Positions 1-11,358 of a stretch of 64,000 nt of DNA are shown here, in pieces. The DNA lies in assembly GCA_965277405.1 (NCBI GenBank), contig OZ255726.1, positions 1,536,001 to 1,600,000 of the forward strand, read 5' to 3'. Source of the DNA: Gammaproteobacteria bacterium (GTDB taxonomy: Bacteria; Pseudomonadota; Gammaproteobacteria; G965277405). The stretch's first letter is position 1; every line of letters begins with the position of its first letter. The position numbers were made by a program, and so were the translations under genes. Under the pieces are notes generated by a model. That model ran no database searches. It had not been told where the DNA came from and saw only the letters and a list, made by a program, of their open reading frames with translations.

Positions 1-3000
1 GATGTTACTGGTGAAATCTTGTTTGTGGAATACCCAGGCATTGAACAAGACGTTACTGCTGATAGAAAATATCTTGTATATAGCAAGGAGATCTCAGAGA
101 CGGTTTTTGGGGAAGGTTTGATGAGGACTAGTTTCGTCGTCAAGCATATCCGCAATTTTGCTCAGGTAACTGATATGCATGGCAATACAATCGTTGGAGT
201 TGATGGCAAGGAGCTTGCTGCAGATAACCTGTTGCAGATAGATGTGCCAAGAAGCGAGCTCAAATTGGTTACCTCACCGTTTAAAATCGATACGGTGGCA
301 CTGTATCGATACGATGAGCAAGAAGATACAGATAATCATAATCATAAATATCTCAGAAAAGTGACTGATGCATCAGCCTCAAAAATTGAATATATGGGAT
401 TGACAGCAACCTCGCCATATACATATTTTGTTGGGATTCATTTTACTGATGAAGTAGCGCAATCCACTGATGTGGGCTCTTGGCAGCCGTATCAAGAGTT
501 TGCAAGATTGTCGCCGCTACGCTTGAGGGTCGGAGTGAATGGTGATGATAATGGCAAGGTATTTACCATTGTCCCTAGCAGAGATGGAGGGGGGAGCGCT
601 AATAGGTACACTATAAAAAAAGGTATAAATGATGATGAACTTGTGCGTAATCCAGCAGACGGTAACGTCAATAACTGGGTGTTTTATCGCATTGATATTA
701 CTAATGATTTGCGAGGCTACCAAGATGATGATGGACTTGAAATACTAACAGCAACAATCGGTGTTGATGGGGCGGGTGATAATCAGATTTTTACTGCTGA
801 TAACATTCCGTTAGTCGGGGCGTTTGATACAGGCTCAAACGAACATTATGTGCTGAGGTTTGCAGTTATTGATACTATTGCGCCTGTTTGTAATACGATA
901 TATTTGACCGATGACGGTGGCGGCGGTCAAAAGATTGCAAAAGATGGTGAGAGCAATTCGATTCCTCGTAATAAGCGGCTATACGGGACATCGCTGCAAA
1001 ACAGTGCGCACAGAGAAATATATTTGATTTTTAGCTGCGATAAGCAGCTTAAATCAATAACTAATGATGCTGCAACTGATTTATTCGGTATACCGCTCAA
1101 GTATGGTCCAAATCAGAGATTGGTTTCTTATTTTCAGTATAAGAAATTGATTACTGATAACGATGATAACTCAATGATCGTGTATCAGCATAAGTTTCAG
1201 CAAAACAGTGTCGCCGCGCAAATAGGGGATGTATCAGGCGATTTTTCTCTAGGTAAAGATCAAGATCAAAACCCGCTAAGGTATAAGTATGATGTTGAGA
1301 CTAACTCAATTCAGGTGACAACAGACTCTATATTTAAAGACGCTGCCTTTAATGATGCCGCAGTTGCCAGCGCTGTGTTTAATGATCTAAGTTTTACCGC
1401 GTATAATCCCACTACAGATGCCGCAACGGAACAATACGTGCAGTTTGGCGCAGTGGATAGAGAGTTTAATACATTTGTTATCGATTCAAGAGCGCATCCG
1501 GTGCGGCTGGATTGGTCCACAGATAGTGGCGTATATAATACCACTGACCGTAATAAAATATATTTAAAGGTGTATTTTGGGTCTGAGGATAAAATAGCAG
1601 AGAATGTTACCTATCGACATATTCATAAAATAACTGACTTTGATACCAGCAGCCAAGTAACAATAAAATTAGATCTTACCAATACAGACGCAGATAATGA
1701 ATTTGTATTTGATAGTTTTATAAATAAACATGGTGATAGCATCGATGATGCGCATGAATCTGCAGCTGTCGGGATACGCTTTGTCTACAATATAACAGCA
1801 GATGCTTCTCGTGGTTTAAAGAAAATTGACTCACTGGGTGCAAGTGTATTAAACACTATGCCTAGAGGCTTATATGCAACAGGTGAATTTATAAAATTTG
1901 ATGGTAGTACGGTTGATGTTTCATCAGAACTTGATTATAAAATAAATGATAAATATATAAATGAAGTGAGTGAAGATGTTGATAAAGTTAGTATTGATAG
2001 CTTTGTCCCCAAAGTTATATTGCCAGATTTAACGTCTGATAGAAATCAACAACTACCGATAGAGGTGTATTCGCGGCGATATAAGACGGAAGGAAGGTCA
2101 AACATTAAATTGCAATATAGACATAACGACAACGCTAAGATAAATCCAGATATAACGTTTAGTGAATTAGTGTTTAAATTAAATTTTAATCAACAGGTCA
2201 ATAAATTTAATACAGATGATGAAAGTAATGAATTAGATGCGTATTTGGGAAAAAATATAAAGTTATATTTTCATATAACTACTGACGAAGACAATGCTAT
2301 GCAGCAAACAGCGCGGTATTTGCCTATATTAGAGTATAAAGAAATGTTTGATAAAAGCGGTGATAATAATCGATTGGCGTATAGTAATCAATCGTTGTAT
2401 TTTATTTATAACTTTAATACACGTGGTCAGATCGGAGTTGGCATTGATTTTAACGGTATTGAGATAAAAAATGAATCTGGTGGTATTTTTTACGATATTA
2501 AAGATATAAATCGCAATAAATGGGATTATTCTAGTTTACAAAGTAACATTGATTTTGCTTATAAAGTAAATATGGTAAGAGGTGTTATTGTTGAAAGTAT
2601 TGACATAACCCCAGATATAACTAATGATGTTGTAAGGTATGATACACCGACTGATATTGTAGTTAAACTTAATAAAAGACTGTTTATTGGTGAAGATGTT
2701 ACCGCTGAGATTGCTATCAAGCTGGTGATGAATATTGCTGAAGATTTAAGTTTAGATTTAAGGCAAGATACCTATGCTATACTTGTGCGTTCAAGTTTAA
2801 ATGCAGGTTCAGAACCAACTAATGACATTAGTAATAATGCTGACGCCGATGGTTCAAGCGAATTATTGTTTCGCTTCCGCTTAGATCAAGAAGTTGACGA
2901 TGATAGGCTGGATGATGCTGATGGTGGTATTACCATTGCCCCTGACTTATATATATGTAGTAACAATAATGAACAAGTGCGCCATAGCGCAGAAAATTGT

Positions 3001-6000
3001 ACTGCTTATGTGTCATCTAACGATGAATCGGCAGATGAGTCGTTGAAGCGTAACGACTTGTATTTTAAAACCTATAAAGACCTTGATAATGATCCTAATA
3101 CAGCCAAAACTAAACAACTAGAGAACTTTGACACCTTAGATGCTAAACTAGACGATTTTAACTACACATATGGGGCTAACTCAAGGCTGCATAGGGTGGT
3201 AGCAGTCAATAGCGATAATCTAGATGATTCGATACGACTATATTATAAGGATGCTGCTACTGATAAATTAACGCTAGCTGATACTAACAGCGCGCATGTA
3301 TTTAGAAAAAATGCACAAGTATATTTAGGCGCAAAATTTAACTTAAGTAGAAGCGTTAACCCAGATTTAACGGCGAATAAATTTGACGCAGCCAGTTTAA
3401 ACAATAGCAACATACAATTCAAAGTGGTATTGTACGATCCTGCTGATGAAGATGCGATTACAGAAAAACCACTACTGTTTGATTTTTATAAAGTAAGTAA
3501 AGTTGCTGATTTTGCTGTTGCAGATAACCCTGGTGATAACGCACAGTGGCTACTTTTTAATGCCACGCTTGATGGTGGTTATTTTGCTACGCCAGTTACT
3601 GGTGATAAATCGATTAAAGTTGATTTTACTGATAATATTCAATATTCTAACGCTAGTGAACTATACGCATTTAGTACGATTTATCATAAAAGTATCAATG
3701 CGGGCTTGCTTAAAGTGAATACTGTAAGTCAGGAAGAGAGTATAACGGTTGTAACAGCAAGAAGTCAGCCGCTACTAGGCTATAGCATTGATTCGCGTCC
3801 ATATGTGCTAAGTGTTGAGAACATTAGCGACTATACGAATGACGTAATAAGCAAAAGAGACACCTTAAAGTTTAAATTAGTTTTCAGTGAGCCGATAATG
3901 TGGGTTGGTGATGCTACGAGTGACACTACAGTCCATGCTAAGTTAACAATAACAAAACGAAATGATTCAAGTTATTCTGCAGTTAAAGATATAACTTTTG
4001 CTGTCACAGCATTAGCTAGTGATGCTACTGCTAATAATGCAATACAAATCGAATTCAATCATTGGTCCCAATCCCAATTGCTAATAGATACCCAAGCCGA
4101 CGACTACGAAACAAATTTAGAATTTAGCAATATTGTATATTCGACAGATGCTAGATTAAAGTCTGCAGATACTAGTGCGATAGTTGCGCCTAATTTAACC
4201 GATATAAGATATAACGAAAAATTGAGAATTTATACAAAAAAAATTGAGTTAGATAAAGAAAATATTAAATATGGCGTTGTTCCAGTTGCTGGGAACACCT
4301 GTGTAGAAAAGAGAGTAATATATTATAACAATCGCTTTTGTATTGAGATATCGTTTAAGGGCGGAGCTGGCAATGAAAGATTTCAATATAATTATGGCAA
4401 TAATGTTGAGAGTGCAGGGATTAGGATAACAGCGAAAAAACCAAACAGTAGTCAGCTCGCGGTTGATGATTTTTTATTTGGCATGTCGATAGATGCTAGT
4501 TTAGTCACAAACATACCGTCCGATACAATTGTGTTTACGGTAGCTACCGCTCAATTCAATGTAGGGCTGAGCAATATTAACCCCTATAATGGAGAGTCAA
4601 TACCGCCTGCAAGTTTTACCTTAATAGATTCTAGTATAAAGATAGATGGCTATGGCACTCTTACTAGCTATTTAGGCGATTTAGATAACGGCGATACGAC
4701 AGCTGATTTTCCTGCAACATTACAAATTGATAGCAGACCGCAGGTAGACAATAATGATATTAGCATTTTACCAACAACCAAATGGCTACCTGCAACTAAT
4801 ATTACAATCACATTACCATTACATCAATCTTCTAGCGATGGTTACAGTTTATATCAATCAGGAGATGCCGAGTATGCAAATTATTATTTAGAAGCGTATT
4901 TGTTGAATACATCTGAACAAATAGAGCATAGTTCAAATACTATAAAGCTACCACTAAAAGAAATCAGTGGAGACTCGTTAGTGTTTAGTGGTGTGCCACC
5001 GCAAGGTATAGCTAATGGTAGATATTATTTAAAAATTGAAGAGCATATACGCAGAGAAGATGAAGATGGCAGCAATATTATTAATGATGATAATTATATT
5101 ATAAATTACAAGTCTTTTGAAAGCTATATATCGCCTGCTATCGAAATAGATACAAGTAAAAGGGAGTTTAATGAGGTTGAATTATCGTATGCAAACGCAA
5201 TTGACGACGTCTGGGGTAACAGCGTTATACATGAAATCAAGCCTTCAAATAACCGTTTGATTTTAAGAAATGGTAGTTATTTGGTTTTTGATTTTAGAAC
5301 AAATATTGGTAGTTTTTCTGCAAATGATAGTATACAAATAGCAGATCAAGAAATTTACACTGGTTTATCTATAACAGCATTGATTAACGGAGTTGAGCGG
5401 AATGTTGACAGTAAGGTATTATTAAATGATAATGCAACTACAACGCTGAATACAAGCAATAACTCAACGGACGCAACAGTACTGCGTTTTTATTATCAAC
5501 TTACAGCTGCAGATTATTCAACTGATGCATCTGGTAATCCAATTACAACTATTGAATTACAACAGAATAGCTTTATAACTGATCATTCTCATGATGCATT
5601 TACATATGACGATGAAAATCATATTGTTTTTTCTAGTGTGTTAGCTTATAGCTATACATACAACCATGTTAATAATTCTGGTGAATTAACTAATAAGACA
5701 GTTATTGATACCCGCCCGTATATTAAGGCTATTTGTTTTTCTAATAATACCGATATTTGCTTTGCTAATAATACCGATGATAGACAAAGTGCACAGCACT
5801 TAATTGCTAAAGACAATTCGCACGACTTGTCCTTGCTTGTTGCATTTAGCGGCAATATTGGCTATAGCGACGTCACGGGCGATGTTACGGTTGATTTTGC
5901 ATTTATTGATGGAGACAACAACAGCAGCCCACTGCGATATGCAGACAATGAAATAATAACAGGCACTTATAAACTGTCTTTTCTTAATTCGGATATATCC

Positions 6001-9000
6001 AACAATCGGCTCAGGCTTGATGTTATACAGCTTCCTGCTGGTATCGATACTAGAACAAATATCAACGTTTTAAAACTGTCTAATTTTGTGTTTAGTGCTG
6101 CTGCGGCGACAAGCATAGTTTCAAATGAAACAGGACAAAACAACACAACTTTAGATTTCAGTGATCAGGTTGCAGCTATGAAAACTGGAACAGTACATTC
6201 GGTGTATACTAAAGAGCTGCAGCTTGCGGCTGCAAATCCATATGTTTGGAAGTATTCCAATTGTAACGATAATGGGTCTCTTGCAGCTATAGATGAAAAT
6301 GTAAATATGTATGATAAATGTTTAGTGCTTGGCATAACATTTGCATTAAACGCTAATACTAGTATAACTGGTATAAACGATGATGATGATTCATTAAATG
6401 CCACAATAAGCGTTAGTGGCGATGGTGTTCAAGGTACTCCCATAACTTTAGCATACCATAGCTTAACTGCAGTAGGTTCATTTGTGAATGATCGTATCTA
6501 TTTACAGTCAGAGCAATTGAAAAATGCTCATGCTAATTACAGCTATAACTCCAATAATTATTTAAAACTTAGCATTAGTGAACCTGAAAATTTCATCCAA
6601 ACAGTGTTTTATAATATAGACAATAATAACGACACAACCACAACAAAAAACTTACCATTGATATTTGATTTAACAATTGCTGAGTTGCCAGATGTGACCA
6701 TAGATACAAGAATGCTGTTAACTGATATTACCGTAGATGATGGGCTAATATATACAGCCACTGATACAATTGCGGTACATTATGTATTTAGCCAAATATT
6801 AAGCAACTGGAGTAGTATTGCTAATGCTGTAGTTGCTCGTTTTCACATATATGATCCATCAGAGCCAACTATAGTTATTGCTGATATTACGGCAGATATT
6901 ACTACAGATATAGAATATCAAGATAATTATGCTTTAAAGTCTAGTATTAACATTAGCGACATAAGTGGCGACTCAATGAATTATAATACTTTAAATGCAG
7001 GTGGATATGCCCTTAAACTTGTCGATATAACAATTGATTCATCAGGCTCAGCTGCTGACTATACCTCAGTTAATGGAAATTTTTATAACTTTGATGCAGC
7101 TGTTGCTATAGTTAAACAAGGGTTAAAAATTCAAAAGGTAGCAACTAATATAACTAGCATCACTGTTAAATTTAAGAGGGAAAATTCATCAGAAATTAGT
7201 GATTTTATCCATGAAACGCAAGTATTAACTGCAGGAGATACATTGATATTTGAATTAGATACCAACACTAACACGCACGATAGTAATGGTCTAAAGCAAA
7301 ATACTAACCTCAAGTATAAATTTTTACTAGCAGGAACTGAAAAAACTACTGATGCGGCAGAGTTTGTCAGCAGCAGTAATAATAATAATAATTTTGATAA
7401 GGTTAGGTTTGCATATCGTATAGCAAGTGGCGATTATGCTAATATTAGCGTGAATGAATCTCTTGCATTTACTCATGTTGAGTTAAATGCATATGCGGAT
7501 ATGTTTGATAATGGCGTGCTATTGGCTGCTGATGGAGACGTAACCGTTGCCTTGTCAACTCAAGGGGCAGCAAGTATTGTAGCATTCAACACTCGTGAAG
7601 ATGCCGATAACCCATTTATACGTATCAATACGGCGGTTAAATTTTCAAACATTAGCATGCGCAGTGTTGGCGCGCTACAAGCTAACGGCAGGACAACAGA
7701 TTATTTATATCCACCAGGCTATAGCCATCAACTGTGTTTAGCTGATTCGCAAAGTTCAAGAAACACGTTGCAAATATCGTTAACGCTACCAGCGGGATAT
7801 AACTTTAAAATTGGCAGTGAACCTAGTACAGTTACTAATGATAATTCGACAAAACTAGTAATTGATTTAAGTCCTGACTCTGGTGGCGGTATTGTGACTA
7901 AAGAACTCATATTATATAATTATAATGTTGGATCTAAAACGTTAGACTTTAGTGCGGATTTATCTGATTTATCTGATGATAAAGAATATAAATATGCTGT
8001 AAAACTTAAAGCGGTAACAAATCTTGGTGGAGATGCAGGGATAGTTGTCAATGGCAGTGGTGGTAATGCTAACAATGCCGAGTTTTTAGATCAAATTTTC
8101 TTAAATTACGGCCAAGGTATATTAAGTGGATATACGGTAACAACGGACAAAGTTTCGCCAGCCAGCATTACTGTTTTATCATCTAATCGAGATGAAAATC
8201 ACATAGCTGTGTATAACGTTAAGAATAATAACCTAACTGATGACAGTAAATACTATCAGCTGACTGAGGCTGTAGTCAACGATGGCTCATTGTATGAAAC
8301 GATAACCCTTACAGTTGTAGATGATGGTTTTAATGCAGATGCCAATCCATCTAATTTTAAATTATTAGGTGCTCTTGCTGCACTCTATACGATTGATAGC
8401 GCAACTCCCATGTTGACTAATTCAAAAAAATTAATTATTCACATATCTCCAAAATTAAATATAGATGATTTGACTGCGGCAAACAATAACACAATACAAA
8501 TAGCTGCATTAGATAACGTGTTTGAAAATACTGCATGTAGCGCTACAGTGCTTAATTCTATCATGCCATTTAATGTTAAATACGGCGACCTTAGTCTTGC
8601 TGTCGCGGAAGAGGACCAAAGCCAATTTGCAATAATTGAACAGGAAAATGCTGATGGTGGATATAAAGATGTTGGTTTGTTTAATCATAAGATTGTTTTA
8701 CAGATAAATACCGCAGCAGGCTTAAACGAACAGTGGAATAAAATCCAGTATTCAAATACCCAAGATGTATTAAATAACTTTCTCGATACAGCTAATTTAC
8801 TTTTAGATGGGCTAATTCCAACGGTTACCCAAAAATCTGCTACACAACTTACCTATAAATTATCTGGAAATGTTACCCCGCATAGTTCTGATCGCGCTAG
8901 TGATACAGCTAAAGGTTTTAGTTTCGTTCAACCTAATATAACTGAATTAAAATTTCTGCTTCAAGGTGAAACTGAAGATATAATTATTAAGAATGTAAAA

Positions 9001-11346
9001 ATTGACTCAATACATGATGGGTTTAGATATATTTTTAAGGATTTTATTGATGTAATAAAAAACGTTACAGTTGACTTAATAACAAGTTCAAGTGCACGAC
9101 TTAATTTTAATAAAATATTTGAACCTAGTGGTGCATCAGTCACTAAATATGAGGTCGAGTATACAGATAGCCACAACAATGTTAATACGTTGACAACATC
9201 ACACATTGCTGCTGGTAGATCAGTCCATCTCACGGGGCTGTCTGCCAATGAACAGTATTCCGTAAAAATTCAATATACCCTTACCGATGCAAGTGGCGAC
9301 ACACCATCTGGTTATTCTCGCAGCTCAAGGTTTATCACACCTGCGGCGCTAGATGATGCGCTGTTTAATCCTGTGGGCTATGTATATCCAAATATCCATG
9401 GCAGTAGATCAATAGATATTGCCACTCTAAATACAACTGTATTTAGTATTTATAAAACATTTAATTCAGCGCGTAATAAGGTGACTGGCTCTGTAATAAC
9501 AGATAATGATTATGTGCCAGGATTTAAAAGTGCAACCATAGCTGCGAATAGCATACAGAGTATTACTTTTGACGAAGCAAGTGCCGTAAACAAACAATAC
9601 TTTATTCACTCAGATAATCCATTGCAAATTATCGGGTATCGATATCGAACAGTTCCTAAAAGTTCATATATGTTTGTCAATATATTGCCAGATATAAAAC
9701 ATTCAGCAGACGAATTGGTATACGTTAACCCCAGACCTGATCAAGATATTTATGAGTCAGAGTTATCTGTATTGTCGAGCGAGGAATGGATCCTAAAGAT
9801 GAAAATTATAGCTGGCGATAGTACTTTAACAAATAAATCAATACCACTTGACCGTGGACCGAATGTTATAAAATTTGCGGAGCATAACTTACCGGTTAAT
9901 TTTAAAGCATTACATTTAAAAATAGATTCAGAGACTGCGCAGCCACCACCAAGAATCTTAGCATCGTTATATTATACATATCAAACTGGTCAAACCGTGA
10001 GTATTGAACTGCAACAACCCGCCGCGAGGAATAGAAAATTTGCATCGCCTACGCATACACGCGGCGTTAAGATTACAGCTAGTAGCACTCCAGCGTTCCA
10101 ATTATATAACAACATTAACAATACTATTAAATGGTACAGGAATAACAATGCCAACAATGCCACTGCAATACTTGGTAATTGGCCAACACCATATGGTAAT
10201 CTTGCAGCAGCAGCAGGTGATAATGGTACTGGCTTTAATAATGGTTCGGACTTTATACTAACAACGCAAATAGAAGACGTATCTCCTAGTTCACAATATG
10301 CCGCATTTGCTGCCAATGGCTACCGTTTTGATGAATTTGTAGATAATAGTTTTGATATTTATCCAGCTACCGTTAGCGTTGATAAATATGCCTACGGCTA
10401 TATAATTCCCAATACTTTTAGCACATTGTATGCATCTGGGCTAGATGCAACGAAGACTAAAATAGTATTATATAATTCCGCCATGGATGCTGTGCTGGAT
10501 ACTATTACAACAACAGCACTTGCGAACCCCAGTGGTGCTGATGGCAGTGAAGTCAGCACCAGCGCAGCCAGCGCACGCATTAAACCATATTTTTTGCCTA
10601 ATGGTGGTGTGTATTATGTGATTGCAGATAACCCGATTGCCTTGTGGGCAAACATTTATAACAGCAATCTAAATAGTGATGAATATAATCAAAGATATAC
10701 GGTAAACCTTATTGGTTCAAATACTATTTCTAACACAAATAGCTTGTTTAGAATAACCAGTCCAATACCTGAGGTTACAAATGACTATGAATATGGTGTT
10801 GTCCGCGCTGACGCAGCGTATAAAAAAATCTCTTGGAACTATAAAGATATTGTGGCACCACCCGCCTTGATTACCCATTATGCTGTTTTTGTTGAAAGCA
10901 CAAATACAGGTGAACACAGTAGTGATCAGTGGATATCACAACGAAAGGTGCTGGTTGCGGCGATACAACCAGTTGCCGATGTTGCTGATAACAGTATGGA
11001 ATTCAATGTTGCAGATACTAATAATAGAACATGCAAAGTTTTATCTTATTATAGTTCTAGGGAGAGTGCTGATGATAGTCCCACGGATAGTGCTGAAACT
11101 GTTAATTCGTTTGATTACATTCAATTTAAGAATAATTATAATAACGCATCATGTGCTACTGGAATAATCCCCCCACAACCAGCTGATACTGGCTCTATTT
11201 TTAGTATTACTGTATTTGGACTGTCTTCACAAATTTCTAACATTGCAAATATTAGGGCAAACGTGATAGACAGTAAGGAATTTTACACGACGTATTCCAA
11301 TCAAATAACTACACAAACATCAATGAATTTCACGTATGAGAATTAA
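1..11346 (+). CDS. Giant repetitive surface/extracellular protein, 5'-truncated by the window (>3780 aa); Ig-like stalk, FN3-like domain and distinct C-terminal tip
   Basis: The frame is open from base 1 (GAT GTT ACT GGT GAA ATC TTG...), so the TTG at 19 is probably not the true start. The protein is D/N/S/T/I-rich with recurring module-junction motifs IDSRP/IDTRP/IDTR/INTA. An FN3-like segment (VTKYEVEY...LTGLSANEQYSVKI) lies at ~9060-9345. Stop is TAA at 11344-11346. Confidence 0.85.
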   Translation, partial: DVTGEILFVEYPGIEQDVTADRKYLVYSKEISETVFGEGLMRTSFVVKHIRNFAQVTDMHGNTIVGVDGKELAADNLLQIDVPRSELKLVTSPFKIDTVALYRYDEQEDTDNHNHKYLRKVTDASASKIEYMGLTATSPYTYFVGIHFTDEVAQSTDVGSWQPYQEFARLSPLRLRVGVNGDDNGKVFTIVPSRDGGGSANRYTIKKGINDDELVRNPADGNVNNWVFYRIDITNDLRGYQDDDGLEILTATIGVDGAGDNQIFTADNIPLVGAFDTGSNEHYVLRFAVIDTIAPVCNTIYLTDDGGGGQKIAKDGESNSIPRNKRLYGTSLQNSAHREIYLIFSCDKQLKSITNDAATDLFGIPLKYGPNQRLVSYFQYKKLITDNDDNSMIVYQHKFQQNSVAAQIGDVSGDFSLGKDQDQNPLRYKYDVETNSIQVTTDSIFKDAAFNDAAVASAVFNDLSFTAYNPTTDAATEQYVQFGAVDREFNTFVIDSRAHPVRLDWSTDSGVYNTTDRNKIYLKVYFGSEDKIAENVTYRHIHKITDFDTSSQVTIKLDLTNTDADNEFVFDSFINKHGDSIDDAHESAAVGIRFVYNITADASRGLKKIDSLGASVLNTMPRGLYATGEFIKFDGSTVDVSSELDYKINDKYINEVSEDVDKVSIDSFVPKVILPDLTSDRNQQLPIEVYSRRYKTEGRSNIKLQYRHNDNAKINPDITFSELVFKLNFNQQVNKFNTDDESNELDAYLGKNIKLYFHITTDEDNAMQQTARYLPILEYKEMFDKSGDNNRLAYSNQSLYFIYNFNTRGQIGVGIDFNGIEIKNESGGIFYDIKDINRNKWDYSSLQSNIDFAYKVNMVRGVIVESIDITPDITNDVVRYDTPTDIVVKLNKRLFIGEDVTAEIAIKLVMNIAEDLSLDLRQDTYAILVRSSLNAGSEPTNDISNNADADGSSELLFRFRLDQEVDDDRLDDADGGITIAPDLYICSNNNEQVRHSAENCTAYVSSNDESADESLKRNDLYFKTYKDLDNDPNTAKTKQLENFDTLDAKLDDFNYTYGANSRLHRVVAVNSDNLDDSIRLYYKDAATDKLTLADTNSAHVFRKNAQVYLGAKFNLSRSVNPDLTANKFDAASLNNSNIQFKVVLYDPADEDAITEKPLLFDFYKVSKVADFAVADNPGDNAQWLLFNATLDGGYFATPVTGDKSIKVDFTDNIQYSNASELYAFSTIYHKSINAGLLKVNTVSQEESITVVTARSQPLLGYSIDSRPYVLSVENISDYTNDVISKRDTLKFKLVFSEPIMWVGDATSDTTVHAKLTITKRNDSSYSAVKDITFAVTALASDATANNAIQIEFNHWSQSQLLIDTQADDYETNLEFSNIVYSTDARLKSADTSAIVAPNLTDIRYNEKLRIYTKKIELDKENIKYGVVPVAGNTCVEKRVIYYNNRFCIEISFKGGAGNERFQYNYGNNVESAGIRITAKKPNSSQLAVDDFLFGMSIDASLVTNIPSDTIVFTVATAQFNVGLSNINPYNGESIPPASFTLIDSSIKIDGYGTLTSYLGDLDNGDTTADFPATLQIDSRPQVDNNDISILPTTKWLPATNITITLPLHQSSSDGYSLYQSGDAEYANYYLEAYLLNTSEQIEHSSNTIKLPLKEISGDSLVFSGVPPQGIANGRYYLKIEEHIRREDEDGSNIINDDNYIINYKSFESYISPAIEIDTSKREFNEVELSYANAIDDVWGNSVIHEIKPSNNRLILRNGSYLVFDFRTNIGSFSANDSIQIADQEIYTGLSITALINGVERNVDSKVLLNDNATTTLNTSNNSTDATVLRFYYQLTAADYSTDASGNPITTIELQQNSFITDHSHDAFTYDDENHIVFSSVLAYSYTYNHVNNSGELTNKTVIDTRPYIKAICFSNNTDICFANNTDDRQSAQHLIAKDNSHDLSLLVAFSGNIGYSDVTGDVTVDFAFIDGDNNSSPLRYADNEIITGTYKLSFLNSDISNNRLRLDVIQLPAGIDTRTNINVLKLSNFVFSAAAATSIVSNETGQNNTTLDFSDQVAAMKTGTVHSVYTKELQLAAANPYVWKYSNCNDNGSLAAIDENVNMYDKCLVLGITFALNANTSITGINDDDDSLNATISVSGDGVQGTPITLAYHSLTAVGSFVNDRIYLQSEQLKNAHANYSYNSNNYLKLSISEPENFIQTVFYNIDNNNDTTTTKNLPLIFDLTIAELPDVTIDTRMLLTDITVDDGLIYTATDTIAVHYVFSQILSNWSSIANAVVARFHIYDPSEPTIVIADITADITTDIEYQDNYALKSSINISDISGDSMNYNTLNAGGYALKLVDITIDSSGSAADYTSVNGNFYNFDAAVAIVKQGLKIQKVATNITSITVKFKRENSSEISDFIHETQVLTAGDTLIFELDTNTNTHDSNGLKQNTNLKYKFLLAGTEKTTDAAEFVSSSNNNNNFDKVRFAYRIASGDYANISVNESLAFTHVELNAYADMFDNGVLLAADGDVTVALSTQGAASIVAFNTREDADNPFIRINTAVKFSNISMRSVGALQANGRTTDYLYPPGYSHQLCLADSQSSRNTLQISLTLPAGYNFKIGSEPSTVTNDNSTKLVIDLSPDSGGGIVTKELILYNYNVGSKTLDFSADLSDLSDDKEYKYAVKLKAVTNLGGDAGIVVNGSGGNANNAEFLDQIFLNYGQGILSGYTVTTDKVSPASITVLSSNRDENHIAVYNVKNNNLTDDSKYYQLTEAVVNDGSLYETITLTVVDDGFNADANPSNFKLLGALAALYTIDSATPMLTNSKKLIIHISPKLNIDDLTAANNNTIQIAALDNVFENTACSATVLNSIMPFNVKYGDLSLAVAEEDQSQFAIIEQENADGGYKDVGLFNHKIVLQINTAAGLNEQWNKIQYSNTQDVLNNFLDTANLLLDGLIPTVTQKSATQLTYKLSGNVTPHSSDRASDTAKGFSFVQPNITELKFLLQGETEDIIIKNVKIDSIHDGFRYIFKDFIDVIKNVTVDLITSSSARLNFNKIFEPSGASVTKYEVEYTDSHNNVNTLTTSHIAAGRSVHLTGLSANEQYSVKIQYTLTDASGDTPSGYSRSSRFITPAALDDALFNPVGYVYPNIHGSRSIDIATLNTTVFSIYKTFNSARNKVTGSVITDNDYVPGFKSATIAANSIQSITFDEASAVNKQYFIHSDNPLQIIGYRYRTVPKSSYMFVNILPDIKHSADELVYVNPRPDQDIYESELSVLSSEEWILKMKIIAGDSTLTNKSIPLDRGPNVIKFAEHNLPVNFKALHLKIDSETAQPPPRILASLYYTYQTGQTVSIELQQPAARNRKFASPTHTRGVKITASSTPAFQLYNNINNTIKWYRNNNANNATAILGNWPTPYGNLAAAAGDNGTGFNNGSDFILTTQIEDVSPSSQYAAFAANGYRFDEFVDNSFDIYPATVSVDKYAYGYIIPNTFSTLYASGLDATKTKIVLYNSAMDAVLDTITTTALANPSGADGSEVSTSAASARIKPYFLPNGGVYYVIADNPIALWANIYNSNLNSDEYNQRYTVNLIGSNTISNTNSLFRITSPIPEVTNDYEYGVVRADAAYKKISWNYKDIVAPPALITHYAVFVESTNTGEHSSDQWISQRKVLVAAIQPVADVADNSMEFNVADTNNRTCKVLSYYSSRESADDSPTDSAETVNSFDYIQFKNNYNNASCATGIIPPQPADTGSIFSITVFGLSSQISNIANIRANVIDSKEFYTTYSNQITTQTSMNFTYEN

Positions 11347-11358
11347 GCGAGTTCATAT

